Assembly: GCA_050246315.1 (NCBI GenBank)
Contig: JBFWWG010000003.1
Location: 224,001 to 288,000, forward strand
Direction: 5' to 3'
From: Nitrospiraceae bacterium
GTDB lineage: Bacteria; Nitrospirota; Nitrospiria; Nitrospirales; Nitrospiraceae
Length of the DNA stretch: 64,000 nt
Of the stretch, positions 27,085-36,267 are shown piece after piece. The notes beneath the pieces are model-generated. The model was not told the origin of the DNA, made no database searches, and worked only from the letters and a program-made list of their open reading frames with translations. Position 1 is the first letter of the stretch. The number at the start of each line of letters is the position of its first letter. The position numbers were made by a program, and so were the translations under genes.

Positions 27085-27171
27085 GTTCGCTGCATCATGG
27101 CGCGACCGAACCCGCGCGCCGTTCGCCAGCCGACTGCCCTTAGTCTTCCAACGTCGAAATATCTCCCGCGT
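27085..27171. repeat. Direct repeat copy B, overlapping the acs stop codon
   Basis: Pairs with 25828-25914. Confidence 0.85.
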
Positions 27172-29032
27172 CCTGGCCCAACTCCTTCGCCTTCAGCACA
27201 CGGCGCATGATCTTGCCCGACCGCGTCTTGGGCAGCGAGGGTACAATATCGATCTCTGCCGGCACCGCGATCTTGCCCAACTCGGTCAGCACGTGGTTCT
27301 TGAGCGACTGAATCAGGTCCGTACTGTCCTGGTGTCCGTGCTTCAGAATCACGAAGGCCTTGATCGATTCGCCGACGGTTGCATGCGGCTTGCCGATGAC
27401 CGCCGCTTCCGCCACGGCCGGATGGCTCACGAGCGCGCTTTCCACTTCCGCCGTGCCGATCCGGTTGCCGGCCACCTTGATCACGTCGTCGGCCCGGCCC
27501 ATGAACCAGAGATACCCGTCTTCATCTTTCCGGCAGACATCGCCCGCGGTGTAGCAATTGGGAATGGTGTTCCAGTAGACCTTGTAGCGGTCCGGGTCTT
27601 TGTAGATCGTCCGCATCATGGCCGGCCAAGGTTTCTTCACCACGGCAAAGCCGCCGGCATTGGCCGGCAGGCTCTTTCCCTCCCGGTCCACGACATCCGC
27701 CTCTACTCCTAGAAACGGCCTCGTCGCCGAGCCAGGTTTGAGCGGCACGGAGGGGAGGGGCGTCACCAGAATCATGCCGGTCTCCGTCTGCCACCAGGTG
27801 TCCATGATCGGCTTGTCGCCGCCCGTCACGCGATGGAACCATTCCCAGGCTTCGGGGTTGATCGGTTCGCCCACGCTGCCGAGCACCCGCAGGCTGGCGA
27901 GGTCGTACTTTCTCGGCCAGTCCTCTCCATAGCGCATGAGCAATCGAATCGCCGTCGGCGTCGTATAAAACACCGTGACGCCGTAGCGGGCAATGATGTC
28001 CCACCAGCGGCCGGGGTTCGGATAATCCGGCTTGCCCTCGGCCGTCAGGATCGTGGCGCCGTTCAAGAGCGGTCCATAGACGATGTAACTGTGTCCCGTG
28101 ACCCAGCCCGGGTCGGCCACGCAGAAATAGAGATCGTCCTCTTTCAGATTGAACACGTACTTCGTCGTCAAGTAGGTCCCGACCATGTAGCCGCCGTGCA
28201 CATGGACGACACCCTTCGGCTTGCCGGTTGTGCCGGAGGTATAAAGAATGTACAGCGGGGTTTCCGAATCGAGTGGCTCGGCTTCGCAGACCGCAGGCTG
28301 ATCCCTCAGCCAGTCCTCCCAATCGATTTCCTTGGGCGCGGCGAGTGGCCCGCCGGGTTTCTCGCGTCGGACCACCACCACGTGCTCGACGGTCCGGCAG
28401 TGGGCCACCGCCTGATCGACGACCGGCTTCAGTTGAATCACCTTGGCTCGGTCGTACCCGACATCCGCCGTGATCACCAGTCGCGACTCGGCATCCTGAA
28501 TGCGACTTTCAAGGGCCGGCGCGCTGAAGCCGGAATAGACCACGCTATGGATCAAACCGAGACGCGCACAGGCCAGCATCGCGACCATTTGTTCGGGAAT
28601 CTTCGGCAGATAGATCGTGACCCGATCGCCCTTCCGCAACCCAAGCGCTTTGAGCGCGTTCGCGCAACGGCAGACCTGGCGATACAGCTCGGCATAGGTG
28701 AAAATGCGCTCCTCGCCCTTTTCGCCGACCCAAATAAGGGCGACCTTGTGGCGACGCCAGGTTTTGACGTGGCGATCGAGGCAGTTGTACGCCATGTTGC
28801 AGGTCCCGCCGACGAACCATTGGGCCCAGGGATACTTCCATTCCAACACCTGCTTCCAGGGAGTGAACCAGTCGAGTTCCTTGGCCGCCTGCTCCCAAAA
28901 GGCCTCGGGGTTCTGGATCGACAGCCGATAGGCTGTCTCGTAGTCCGGGATGTAGGTCGAGGCGACGGTTTCGTGATTCGGTCGGTAGACGCGGGCTTCC
29001 TTCAACAGCGTATCCACTTTATCGTCGGCCAT
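27140..29032 (-). CDS. acs: Acetyl-CoA synthetase
   Basis: YILYTSGTTGKPKG, ADPGWVTGHSY, SVGEPINPEAW, DTWWQTETG, PKTRSGKIMRR. Confidence 0.96.
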   Translation of the reverse strand: MADDKVDTLLKEARVYRPNHETVASTYIPDYETAYRLSIQNPEAFWEQAAKELDWFTPWKQVLEWKYPWAQWFVGGTCNMAYNCLDRHVKTWRRHKVALIWVGEKGEERIFTYAELYRQVCRCANALKALGLRKGDRVTIYLPKIPEQMVAMLACARLGLIHSVVYSGFSAPALESRIQDAESRLVITADVGYDRAKVIQLKPVVDQAVAHCRTVEHVVVVRREKPGGPLAAPKEIDWEDWLRDQPAVCEAEPLDSETPLYILYTSGTTGKPKGVVHVHGGYMVGTYLTTKYVFNLKEDDLYFCVADPGWVTGHSYIVYGPLLNGATILTAEGKPDYPNPGRWWDIIARYGVTVFYTTPTAIRLLMRYGEDWPRKYDLASLRVLGSVGEPINPEAWEWFHRVTGGDKPIMDTWWQTETGMILVTPLPSVPLKPGSATRPFLGVEADVVDREGKSLPANAGGFAVVKKPWPAMMRTIYKDPDRYKVYWNTIPNCYTAGDVCRKDEDGYLWFMGRADDVIKVAGNRIGTAEVESALVSHPAVAEAAVIGKPHATVGESIKAFVILKHGHQDSTDLIQSLKNHVLTELGKIAVPAEIDIVPSLPKTRSGKIMRRVLKAKELGQDAGDISTLED

Positions 29033-29223
29033 TCCTTGCTCCTTCGCCTGTGTGAGGGATTCTAAAACCCCTGCCGCTGCCACACCAGAACGGCGACATT
29101 ATGGGCAACGACTCGACACAGCGCAACCCCGTGGGCATCGAATGATCTGCGTCTGCGTCCACGGCACTGAATGCCACGGAGCTTTCTTGACAGGCCATCA
29201 GGGCGAAGAGTAGGTTACCTCAA

Positions 29224-30615
29224 ATGGTGCAAGCCTCCTGCCGTCCGCTTTCGCTGACCGCTTGGATTGTTCGCTCCGGTCTCTTTCTCCTCCCATGGGC
29301 CGCCCTCGTCGCTGTGCCCACCCCCGCACAGGCGCAGGCGGGAAAACCCGAAGGTCTCTACTATAAGTCTTGGGCGGTCGTGGTTGGGATCGAAGACTAT
29401 CTCGTCGCGCCAAAGGTCCCCGGCGCCGCCGCCGACGCCAAGGCCATGGCTGAATCCCTGCGCGGACTCGGCTTTGAGGAAGTGATCGAACTTTACGACA
29501 AGAAGGTCACGTCCAAACAATTCCATTTCATTTTGAACGACGTGTTGCCACGAAAGGTCGGACGGGGCGACCGTTTGGTGTTGTACTTCGCGGGACACGC
29601 CGGCCAGACCACCGATGCGGGCGGGGCTCCCTTGGGCTACCTGGTGCCGTGGGATGCGCAACTGGGGAGCGTGGCGAAGTCCGTAACGCTGGATCAATTG
29701 AAGGAATTCAGCCGGCGGGTGATGGCCAAACATATTTTCCTGATTCTTGATACGCCGGTCACCGGTTGGGACGTGACCGCACCCCAGCAACTCTCGTTAG
29801 AAGGACGCATGGCGCCGGAACAGGATACGGACAAGCGGGCCGTCCAGGTCCTGACTGCGGCGAAGAGTGGAGAAGAGATCGCGCGGTCGGAAACCACCAG
29901 CCTGTTTATGCAGGTCCTGAAGGAGGGCCTGTCGGGACAGGCCGATCGCAACAAGAACGGTTGGTTGATGGCCACGGAATTGGCCTCGTACGTGCAGGAA
30001 CAGGTCGAGGCCCGCTCCAAGGGAACCCAACACCCGCAATTTGCCAGGCTGGACGGGGACGGGGACACGATCCTGATCGAAGGACGGAAGGTCGATTTCA
30101 CTGTCGGAGTCGGTCCCGAGACCGAACAGGAGCGTATGGCAGCAGCCAAGGCCCATTATGATGAGGCGTTCCGCCTCTTGCAGGCCCGCAAGGACCCAGA
30201 AGAAGCCCTGACCCGGTTGAACAAGGCCATTGCCTTGGCCCCCTCCTTCGGCGACGCCTATGTCTTGAAGAGTTACATGCAGTTGGAAGTCCTCCCGAAC
30301 CTGGACGAAGCGTTACAAACCGCGAATTTGGCCGTTGCCCATGCCCCGGAAAATCCGGATTCTCACTACACGCTCGGGCTGATTCAGGAAAAGAATGGAC
30401 GGTATCAGGAAGCGGAACGGGCCTACCTCAAGGCGCTGGAAATCAATCCCGACTATGCCGACGTGCTCCTCTCCCTGGGCCTATTGTACGAGGACCACCT
30501 GAAGCAGGACCAAAAGGCGGCGGATGCCTATCGCCGCTACAGTGAATTGGGCGGAACCGACAGCCGAGCCACCAAGTTCCTCGAAGGCCACGCCCAGCCT
30601 TCGAGCTCGCAGTAA
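29224..30615 (+). CDS. Exported caspase-like (C14) domain + TPR protein, probably catalytically inactive
   Basis: Signal peptide; SWAVVVGIEDY, LYFAGHA; LILDTP replaces the D-x-C motif; C-terminal TPRs. Confidence 0.8.
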   Translation: MVQASCRPLSLTAWIVRSGLFLLPWAALVAVPTPAQAQAGKPEGLYYKSWAVVVGIEDYLVAPKVPGAAADAKAMAESLRGLGFEEVIELYDKKVTSKQFHFILNDVLPRKVGRGDRLVLYFAGHAGQTTDAGGAPLGYLVPWDAQLGSVAKSVTLDQLKEFSRRVMAKHIFLILDTPVTGWDVTAPQQLSLEGRMAPEQDTDKRAVQVLTAAKSGEEIARSETTSLFMQVLKEGLSGQADRNKNGWLMATELASYVQEQVEARSKGTQHPQFARLDGDGDTILIEGRKVDFTVGVGPETEQERMAAAKAHYDEAFRLLQARKDPEEALTRLNKAIALAPSFGDAYVLKSYMQLEVLPNLDEALQTANLAVAHAPENPDSHYTLGLIQEKNGRYQEAERAYLKALEINPDYADVLLSLGLLYEDHLKQDQKAADAYRRYSELGGTDSRATKFLEGHAQPSSSQ

Positions 30616-30992
30616 CGGACGTCTTCCCTCGCACCGGCGAGACCGGTCAATCCTTTGCTCCTCCCTTCATGTAGCCCAATCCGATCTTCAAGGCTCGTCT
30701 GGTAATTTCCGCCCATCGGGCGACCGGGTACTCGGCCAGTACCGCCGCTGCTTTCGGATCCTGCACATCGAGTTCCACCACGCGAATGATGCCATCTTCG
30801 ATCCTTATCTCAGCCACAGGGACGCCTCCTCCTCAAATGAGTGACACCTGATATCTGAACTCCGCCTGTCACTTTCGCTGCGTTGCGTTGACACCCCCCC
30901 CATCGCATGCTAGCATCCGCTTGTGCTCATACTTGGAAATACGGATGCGGCGATCGCTCCCGGACCCGGCTTCTAGAGCAAGGAGGAAGGCA

Positions 30993-31565
30993 ATGGTAAC
31001 ACATCAGATCTCGCCGACGCGACGAATGGGGGCCCTGTTCGTACTCCTGCTGGCCCTCGGGCTGACTGCCTGCGGCGGCCCTCCCAAATGGGTCAAACAG
31101 GGATCCGGCGCGTATAATGAAAAGGACGCGAAAAACTTCTACGGGGTCGGGGCCGTAACCGGCGTGCGCAATGAGCCGTTGGCCTGGGATACGGCCGAGA
31201 ATCGCGCCAGGGCCGAGATCGCGAAGACGTTCGATACCTACACCGGCTATCTGATGCGGGACTACGCCGCCTCAACGACCGCCGGAGACTTTACCCGCAA
31301 CACCGAAGAGCAGAACGTCGAGCGGGCGATCAAGACCATCACGACCACCACCCTGTCCGGCGTGCGTCCCATCGACCGGTACAAGGACGACAAGACCAGT
31401 CCTCCCACGTATTATGTTCTGACGAAACTCAGCCTTGACGACATGAAAGAAAACATGATGAAGGCCAAGGAATTGAACGCCGAGGTCCGTGACTATGTGC
31501 GAAAGAATGCTGATCGATTGTTCGAGCGACTGGAACAGGAAGAGGAAAAGCGCGGCATCAGATGA
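30993..31565 (+). CDS. LPP20-like lipoprotein
   Basis: Lipobox LTAC; PPKWV...FYGVG...AENRARAEIAK. Confidence 0.7.
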   Translation: MVTHQISPTRRMGALFVLLLALGLTACGGPPKWVKQGSGAYNEKDAKNFYGVGAVTGVRNEPLAWDTAENRARAEIAKTFDTYTGYLMRDYAASTTAGDFTRNTEEQNVERAIKTITTTTLSGVRPIDRYKDDKTSPPTYYVLTKLSLDDMKENMMKAKELNAEVRDYVRKNADRLFERLEQEEEKRGIR

Positions 31566-32235
31566 ACCGGCCCTTGCGGAGTTTGATCCGCCGCAGCATG
31601 CGGCTTCGTTCAGGACGGCCGGTCTGATACAGCGGTGTGGACATCGGCTCTGGCCCGGCTTGATTCTCTTGACGCTGCTGACCGGGTGCGGGCATGAGAC
31701 AAGAGTCACGCGGGTTGATACCGGCGTCGTCACCGACCTGAGCGGCCGGTGGAACGACACGGACTCTCGTATGGTCGCCGAAGAGATGGTCAAGGCCTCG
31801 CTCGGCAGTCCCTGGCTGACTGGTTACCAACAGGAGAAGCGTCGGCAACCGGTCGTCATCGTCGGCACCGTCGCCAACCGCAGCCACGAGCACATCAACG
31901 TCCAAACGTTCATCAACGACCTCTCACGTGAGCTCATCAACTCAGGCAAAGTGAAGTTCGTCTCGTCTAAAGGAGAGAGGGATGAGATTCGGGAGGAACG
32001 GCGGGACCAGGCGATCTATGCCAAGGAAGAGACCCAGAAGGCACCTGGAAAGGAAACAGGCGCCGACTATATGATGAAGGGTAGCATCTCCACGATTCTC
32101 GACGAAGCCGACGGAACGAAGGCTGTCTATTACCAGGTCGACCTGGAATTGGTGAATCTGGAGAGCAACGAAAAATCCTGGATCGGCCAGCGAAAGATTA
32201 AGAAGGTCGTCGAACGGAAACGGACCATCTTCTAG
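31489..32235 (+). CDS. LpoB/CsgG-like lipoprotein (true start probably further downstream)
   Basis: Lipobox LTGC; DLSGRWNDTDS, NRSHEHI, GADYMMKGSI, YYQVDLEL. Confidence 0.75.
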   Translation: MTMCERMLIDCSSDWNRKRKSAASDEPALAEFDPPQHAASFRTAGLIQRCGHRLWPGLILLTLLTGCGHETRVTRVDTGVVTDLSGRWNDTDSRMVAEEMVKASLGSPWLTGYQQEKRRQPVVIVGTVANRSHEHINVQTFINDLSRELINSGKVKFVSSKGERDEIREERRDQAIYAKEETQKAPGKETGADYMMKGSISTILDEADGTKAVYYQVDLELVNLESNEKSWIGQRKIKKVVERKRTIF

Positions 32236-32258
32236 CCATCGTCTTTTCCTCCAGTCCT

Positions 32259-33782
32259 TTGGCTGTTTTTTTCTCTGCTGTGCCTGCCGGCGCTCCCCCC
32301 GAGAGGGGTCGCGTCTTTCATCGTGTCTCCTCAACGTTTCCCGTCGTCCTCCTGCTGAGCCTCTGCCTGCTGGCGCCGGCCTGTGCCTCCGGCCCGAGCC
32401 GCTATCAACTTGTCGAACAAAACCTCCTGGCTGGAAGGCCGCTTCAGGCCGATGCGGTCCTGCAACAAGCCGAGGAAGACTACGGGTCGAAAAACCTCGT
32501 GTTGTACGGTATGGACCGTGGGGTGGTGCTTCAGTTGGCCGGCCGCTACCAGGACAGCAACGTGCTGCTCACTCAAGCCGAGGATGAAATCGAGCGGCTG
32601 TACACGAGGAAGATCCGCAACGAAGCCCTGTCCTTTCTGCTCAACGACAACGAACTCCCGTTCGAAGGAGATCCTCACGAACAGGTCATGATCAACGTCG
32701 TGAAGGCGGTGAACTACGCGCTGATGGAAGATTGGTCCGGCGCCTTGGTCGAGGCCCGGCGCATCGACCATCGCTTGAACGTGATCTCGGATCGCGAGAC
32801 AGGCAAGGATGCGTACCGTGACGACGGGTTCGCTCGATATCTGACCGGCATCCTCTATGAGATCGGCGGTGACCTGAACAACGCCTTCGTCGCCTATCGC
32901 CGCGCTTACGACGGCTATCAGTCCAACCGCGGCTGGTCACGCACGCCTGTCCCCCCCAGTTTGAAATCCGATCTCCTGCGGGCGGCCGACCGCCTGCATC
33001 TGACCGAGGAGGTAGAAGATTATCGGCGGGAATTTCCTGAGACCGCCTGGGAACCCGTGAGCAGTCGAGCGCACCTCGCCCAGATCATTCTGATTAGTTA
33101 TAATGGCCGCGCGCCGATCCGGGTGGATCAGTTTTTAGACATTCCACTCAGCCTCGACGCCGCCCGGCTGGTATTACTGGCCAGAGGGTACGGAGGCGGC
33201 TCTCAGCGGACACGCACCGCCGACAGTCTTCTATATGGACTCAACGGTCGGGTCGTGCGCGTGGCGATTCCCCGACTCATCCCTCAGCGCAATCAGGTGG
33301 CGGGCGGGCAATTGTCGCTCATCGGCGACTCGGGTGTGTTCACGGCTAGAACCGAGATGGTGCACGACCTGACAGCCATGGCGGAGAAAAGCCTGTCGGA
33401 TCAGCTCCCCGGCATCATGGTTCGTGCCGCCGCGCGCGCCGCTGTTAAGTACGGACTGGCCGAAGGCATCGAGCAGGGTGTGCGCTCAGCCACGCGACAG
33501 CGCAATCGGAACGGGGATCGGGCGGACTTGGAATGGGTGGCGTTCGTGGTCGGTTCCCTCCTGAAAACCATGGCGATCGCGACGGAGGAGGCGGACAAAC
33601 GCTGTTGGCAAACCCTGCCTGCCCAGATTCACGTGGCACGGCTGTGGGTGCCGGCAGGCGAGTACGACCTGCGGACTCGATCGCTGGCTCAACAGGGGGG
33701 CCTCGTCAGGCCGGAGACGGCAACGCGGGTCACCCTGCGTGCCGGAGACACCCGCTTCGTCGTGGAGCGAGTCCTGCAATGA
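32259..33782 (+). CDS. COG3014-like TPR lipoprotein (start uncertain)
   Basis: Lipobox-like APAC; FEGDPHEQVMIN, ALVEARR, EEADKRCWQTLP. Confidence 0.7.
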   Translation: MAVFFSAVPAGAPPERGRVFHRVSSTFPVVLLLSLCLLAPACASGPSRYQLVEQNLLAGRPLQADAVLQQAEEDYGSKNLVLYGMDRGVVLQLAGRYQDSNVLLTQAEDEIERLYTRKIRNEALSFLLNDNELPFEGDPHEQVMINVVKAVNYALMEDWSGALVEARRIDHRLNVISDRETGKDAYRDDGFARYLTGILYEIGGDLNNAFVAYRRAYDGYQSNRGWSRTPVPPSLKSDLLRAADRLHLTEEVEDYRREFPETAWEPVSSRAHLAQIILISYNGRAPIRVDQFLDIPLSLDAARLVLLARGYGGGSQRTRTADSLLYGLNGRVVRVAIPRLIPQRNQVAGGQLSLIGDSGVFTARTEMVHDLTAMAEKSLSDQLPGIMVRAAARAAVKYGLAEGIEQGVRSATRQRNRNGDRADLEWVAFVVGSLLKTMAIATEEADKRCWQTLPAQIHVARLWVPAGEYDLRTRSLAQQGGLVRPETATRVTLRAGDTRFVVERVLQ

Positions 33783-34939
33783 AGCGGTATCGATGGAGAA
33801 TGCACCAGGCACAGGCCACGGGTACACTCGCGCTGTTAATCGCGTCGGGTTGTACATGGTGGGACGGCTCATCCGATTCCGACTGGATGAAACGGACGAA
33901 CAAGACCTTCCCCCCCGCGCAGTATCTGGTCGGCCACGGCGAGGGGGAGTCCGGGACGGTGGCCGCCGAACGGGCCTATGCGGCGGTCGCGAAGATCTTT
34001 CGAGCCGAGATCAATTCCCAGGCGAAGGAATGGGAATCCTATCTCCTGATCGAGAACAAGGGGAGAAGTCGGGACGAACGGCAGCTCACCCTGGACCATG
34101 TCACCAGCGTGTCCACGGATAAGGTGCTGGAGAACGTCAGAGTGCTCGACGAGTGGTACGACGACGACCGGCGATTGCATCATGCGTTGGCCGGCATGAA
34201 CCGGAGCCAGACTGAAACGGCCACGCTCGAACGGATCAACGAGTTCGACGAGATTGTCGCCCATCATGTCGCAAAGTCTCGGGACAGCACCGAGCCTCTC
34301 GCGCATGCTCGTCACCTGAAGCGGGCCGTCACCGCGCTCGTCTTGCGGGAGGCTCACAACGCCGACCTGCGCGTGATCCGGCCGAACGGTCAGGGACTGG
34401 CGTCACCCTACCAAGTCGCAGCCTTGAGCGGTGAATTGGAACGGTTTCTGGCCACCGGCCTTCCGCTCGAACTGGATCTCTCCGGAGACTACACGGAGCC
34501 GATCGGACGCGCCCTGATCGAGGGGCTGGCCCGCGAGGGGCTCTCCGTGACCGAGTTCTCGACAGGAGGTGCCTCGGTCCGACCAGTGCCGTCCGATCGA
34601 CGTCCGGTCCTGCTTATCAAAGGACTCGTCCGCCTCTGGCCCATCGAAGTCCAGGACCCGGCGTTCCGTTACGTCCGCTGGTGCAGCGATTTCCTTATCG
34701 TGGAAGCGGGGACCGGCCGGGCCCTCGGCGCCCTCTCCAAGGGCGATCGTGTCGGCCATGTCTCCACGAAGGAAGCGACGGTCAAAGCGCTGAGACAGAT
34801 CCAGCAGGATCTGTCGGTACAATTGACGAGGCGACTCACAGATTATATTTATGGAGACCTGGAACCGTCCGAGGTTCCAGCTTCGGGAGGCGCCTGTCCC
34901 CGATCCGCCGCAGCAGGCGGCCTCAGACCGGCAATCTGA
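33779..34939 (+). CDS. LPP20-like lipoprotein
   Basis: ATGA overlap with the upstream gene; lipobox ASGC; FPPAQYLVGHG...AAERAYAAVAKIF. Confidence 0.65.
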   Translation: MKRYRWRMHQAQATGTLALLIASGCTWWDGSSDSDWMKRTNKTFPPAQYLVGHGEGESGTVAAERAYAAVAKIFRAEINSQAKEWESYLLIENKGRSRDERQLTLDHVTSVSTDKVLENVRVLDEWYDDDRRLHHALAGMNRSQTETATLERINEFDEIVAHHVAKSRDSTEPLAHARHLKRAVTALVLREAHNADLRVIRPNGQGLASPYQVAALSGELERFLATGLPLELDLSGDYTEPIGRALIEGLAREGLSVTEFSTGGASVRPVPSDRRPVLLIKGLVRLWPIEVQDPAFRYVRWCSDFLIVEAGTGRALGALSKGDRVGHVSTKEATVKALRQIQQDLSVQLTRRLTDYIYGDLEPSEVPASGGACPRSAAAGGLRPAI

Positions 34940-34960
34940 CGACCACACCAAGGAGGAGAA

Positions 34961-35254
34961 ATGGGAAAACAGACTGAGAAACTCGATTCCGGCTCCAGAG
35001 CCACCGGGAGGGGTAGTGTGCGCGACCCCAGGCCGGGCGTGATTTCGGTGACCAAGCGGCGCGGCCCCAGCCGGCTCGCCAAGGCCAATCTGCGTGACCG
35101 CATCCGTCGCGACACTGCATCCATGCTGGACGGCTCGTTTCTGGACATGCTGAAGAAGCAGGGGTATGAGGAGGTCCCGTTGGAGGAGTTGCAGGATCGG
35201 CTGTCGAAACTTCGCGATGAACTGGCACCGTTGATCGTAGCCGGGAGAGGATGA
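34961..35254 (+). CDS. Small protein, putative antitoxin of the downstream PIN protein
   Basis: Strong RBS AAGGAGGAG; ends 3 bp upstream of the PIN gene. Confidence 0.5.
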   Translation: MGKQTEKLDSGSRATGRGSVRDPRPGVISVTKRRGPSRLAKANLRDRIRRDTASMLDGSFLDMLKKQGYEEVPLEELQDRLSKLRDELAPLIVAGRG

Positions 35255-35257
35255 CCG

Positions 35258-35704
35258 ATGCCGTATTTCTATTTCGACTCAACCGCCCTCATCAAACGCT
35301 ACAGCCGAGAACGCGGGACCCGAATCGTCAACAAGCTCCTGGTCAAACGCGGGAAAGTCATCCTGGTGCCGAGTCAGAGCTTAGTGGAACTCTATTCGAT
35401 TCTGGCCAATCAGACCAAGAAGGAGCTGCTGACCCGGGACGACTGGTATTCGGTGGTGTTTCGCTTCGAGCAGGAAATGTTACAGGGGCTCTATCACTTC
35501 GTCACGCCCACGCACGACACCTACTTATCCGTCAAAGAGCTCTCGTTGCACCATCCGCAACTCCGAGCGAGCCAACTCTTGCACTTGGCTCTGGCCATCG
35601 AACTCAAACCGCTTCGATTGACGATGGTGAGTACGGACACGGCCCTGCTTGAATGTTGCCGTCCCTACGGCATCAAACAGATTAATCCGGAGGATGATCA
35701 GTAG
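35258..35704 (+). CDS. PIN-domain (VapC-like) protein
   Basis: YFYFDSTALIKRYSRERGT, SLVELYS, LRASQLLHLALA, MVSTD. Confidence 0.8.
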   Translation: MPYFYFDSTALIKRYSRERGTRIVNKLLVKRGKVILVPSQSLVELYSILANQTKKELLTRDDWYSVVFRFEQEMLQGLYHFVTPTHDTYLSVKELSLHHPQLRASQLLHLALAIELKPLRLTMVSTDTALLECCRPYGIKQINPEDDQ

Positions 35705-36230
35705 ACGGGCTCGCCTCGGGACACTGAAAGTCCGCCGTCATCGACGCAAGGACGGTGGTCCAGTCGTCTGCCGAAGTCCGCAACTGTTTGATCCGCGTCG
35801 TATCGGGAGGAGATAGAGCCTGCAACGCCTGCTCGTCCAGGTTCAGGTTCACCATGGCCTTGCGTAATCCGAGGTGGGCGGATCGGAGGGTGTGGCAGAC
35901 GCCGCTCGAGGCCGGAGCCTGTCCCCCGGCCCGATGAAATAACGCAAGCGCCCGGTAGCCCTGCTCTTGCGCGCGAAAGAACGTTTCGGCTCCTCGGTAG
36001 ACGAGACCCTTCGGTTGATTACCGTATCGTTTGCCCAACTGCTGGGCCATCAGCGCCGCCCGTCCCATGCTCATCGCCGCACCTTCCGCGTCGCCATTGG
36101 CCATAGACTCCTCGGCTCGCGCCTGCAACCGGTCCAGCTCGGCCTCATCCCCGATCGTTTGCGCCGGCAGTCCGGTCGTCATCCCCGCCCAAAGCATCAG
36201 GGCAGACAGGACGATCTGCCCGCGACCCAC
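35682..36230 (-). CDS. Hypothetical exported helical protein (start uncertain)
   Basis: Signal-like IVLSALMLWAG followed by AQTIGDEAELDRLQ. Co-oriented with the HEAT gene. Confidence 0.6.
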   Translation of the reverse strand: MGRGQIVLSALMLWAGMTTGLPAQTIGDEAELDRLQARAEESMANGDAEGAAMSMGRAALMAQQLGKRYGNQPKGLVYRGAETFFRAQEQGYRALALFHRAGGQAPASSGVCHTLRSAHLGLRKAMVNLNLDEQALQALSPPDTTRIKQLRTSADDWTTVLASMTADFQCPEASPSTDHPPD

Positions 36231-36267
36231 GCGATGATCCCGTAGCGCCCCGGACGAACCACGCGTC

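Noticed and set aside
27833..29065. Long antisense ORFs such as the 410-aa ORF opposite acs and the 336-aa ORF opposite the RT
   Set aside because: These are shadow ORFs expected from GC-rich codon bias opposite well-supported genes.
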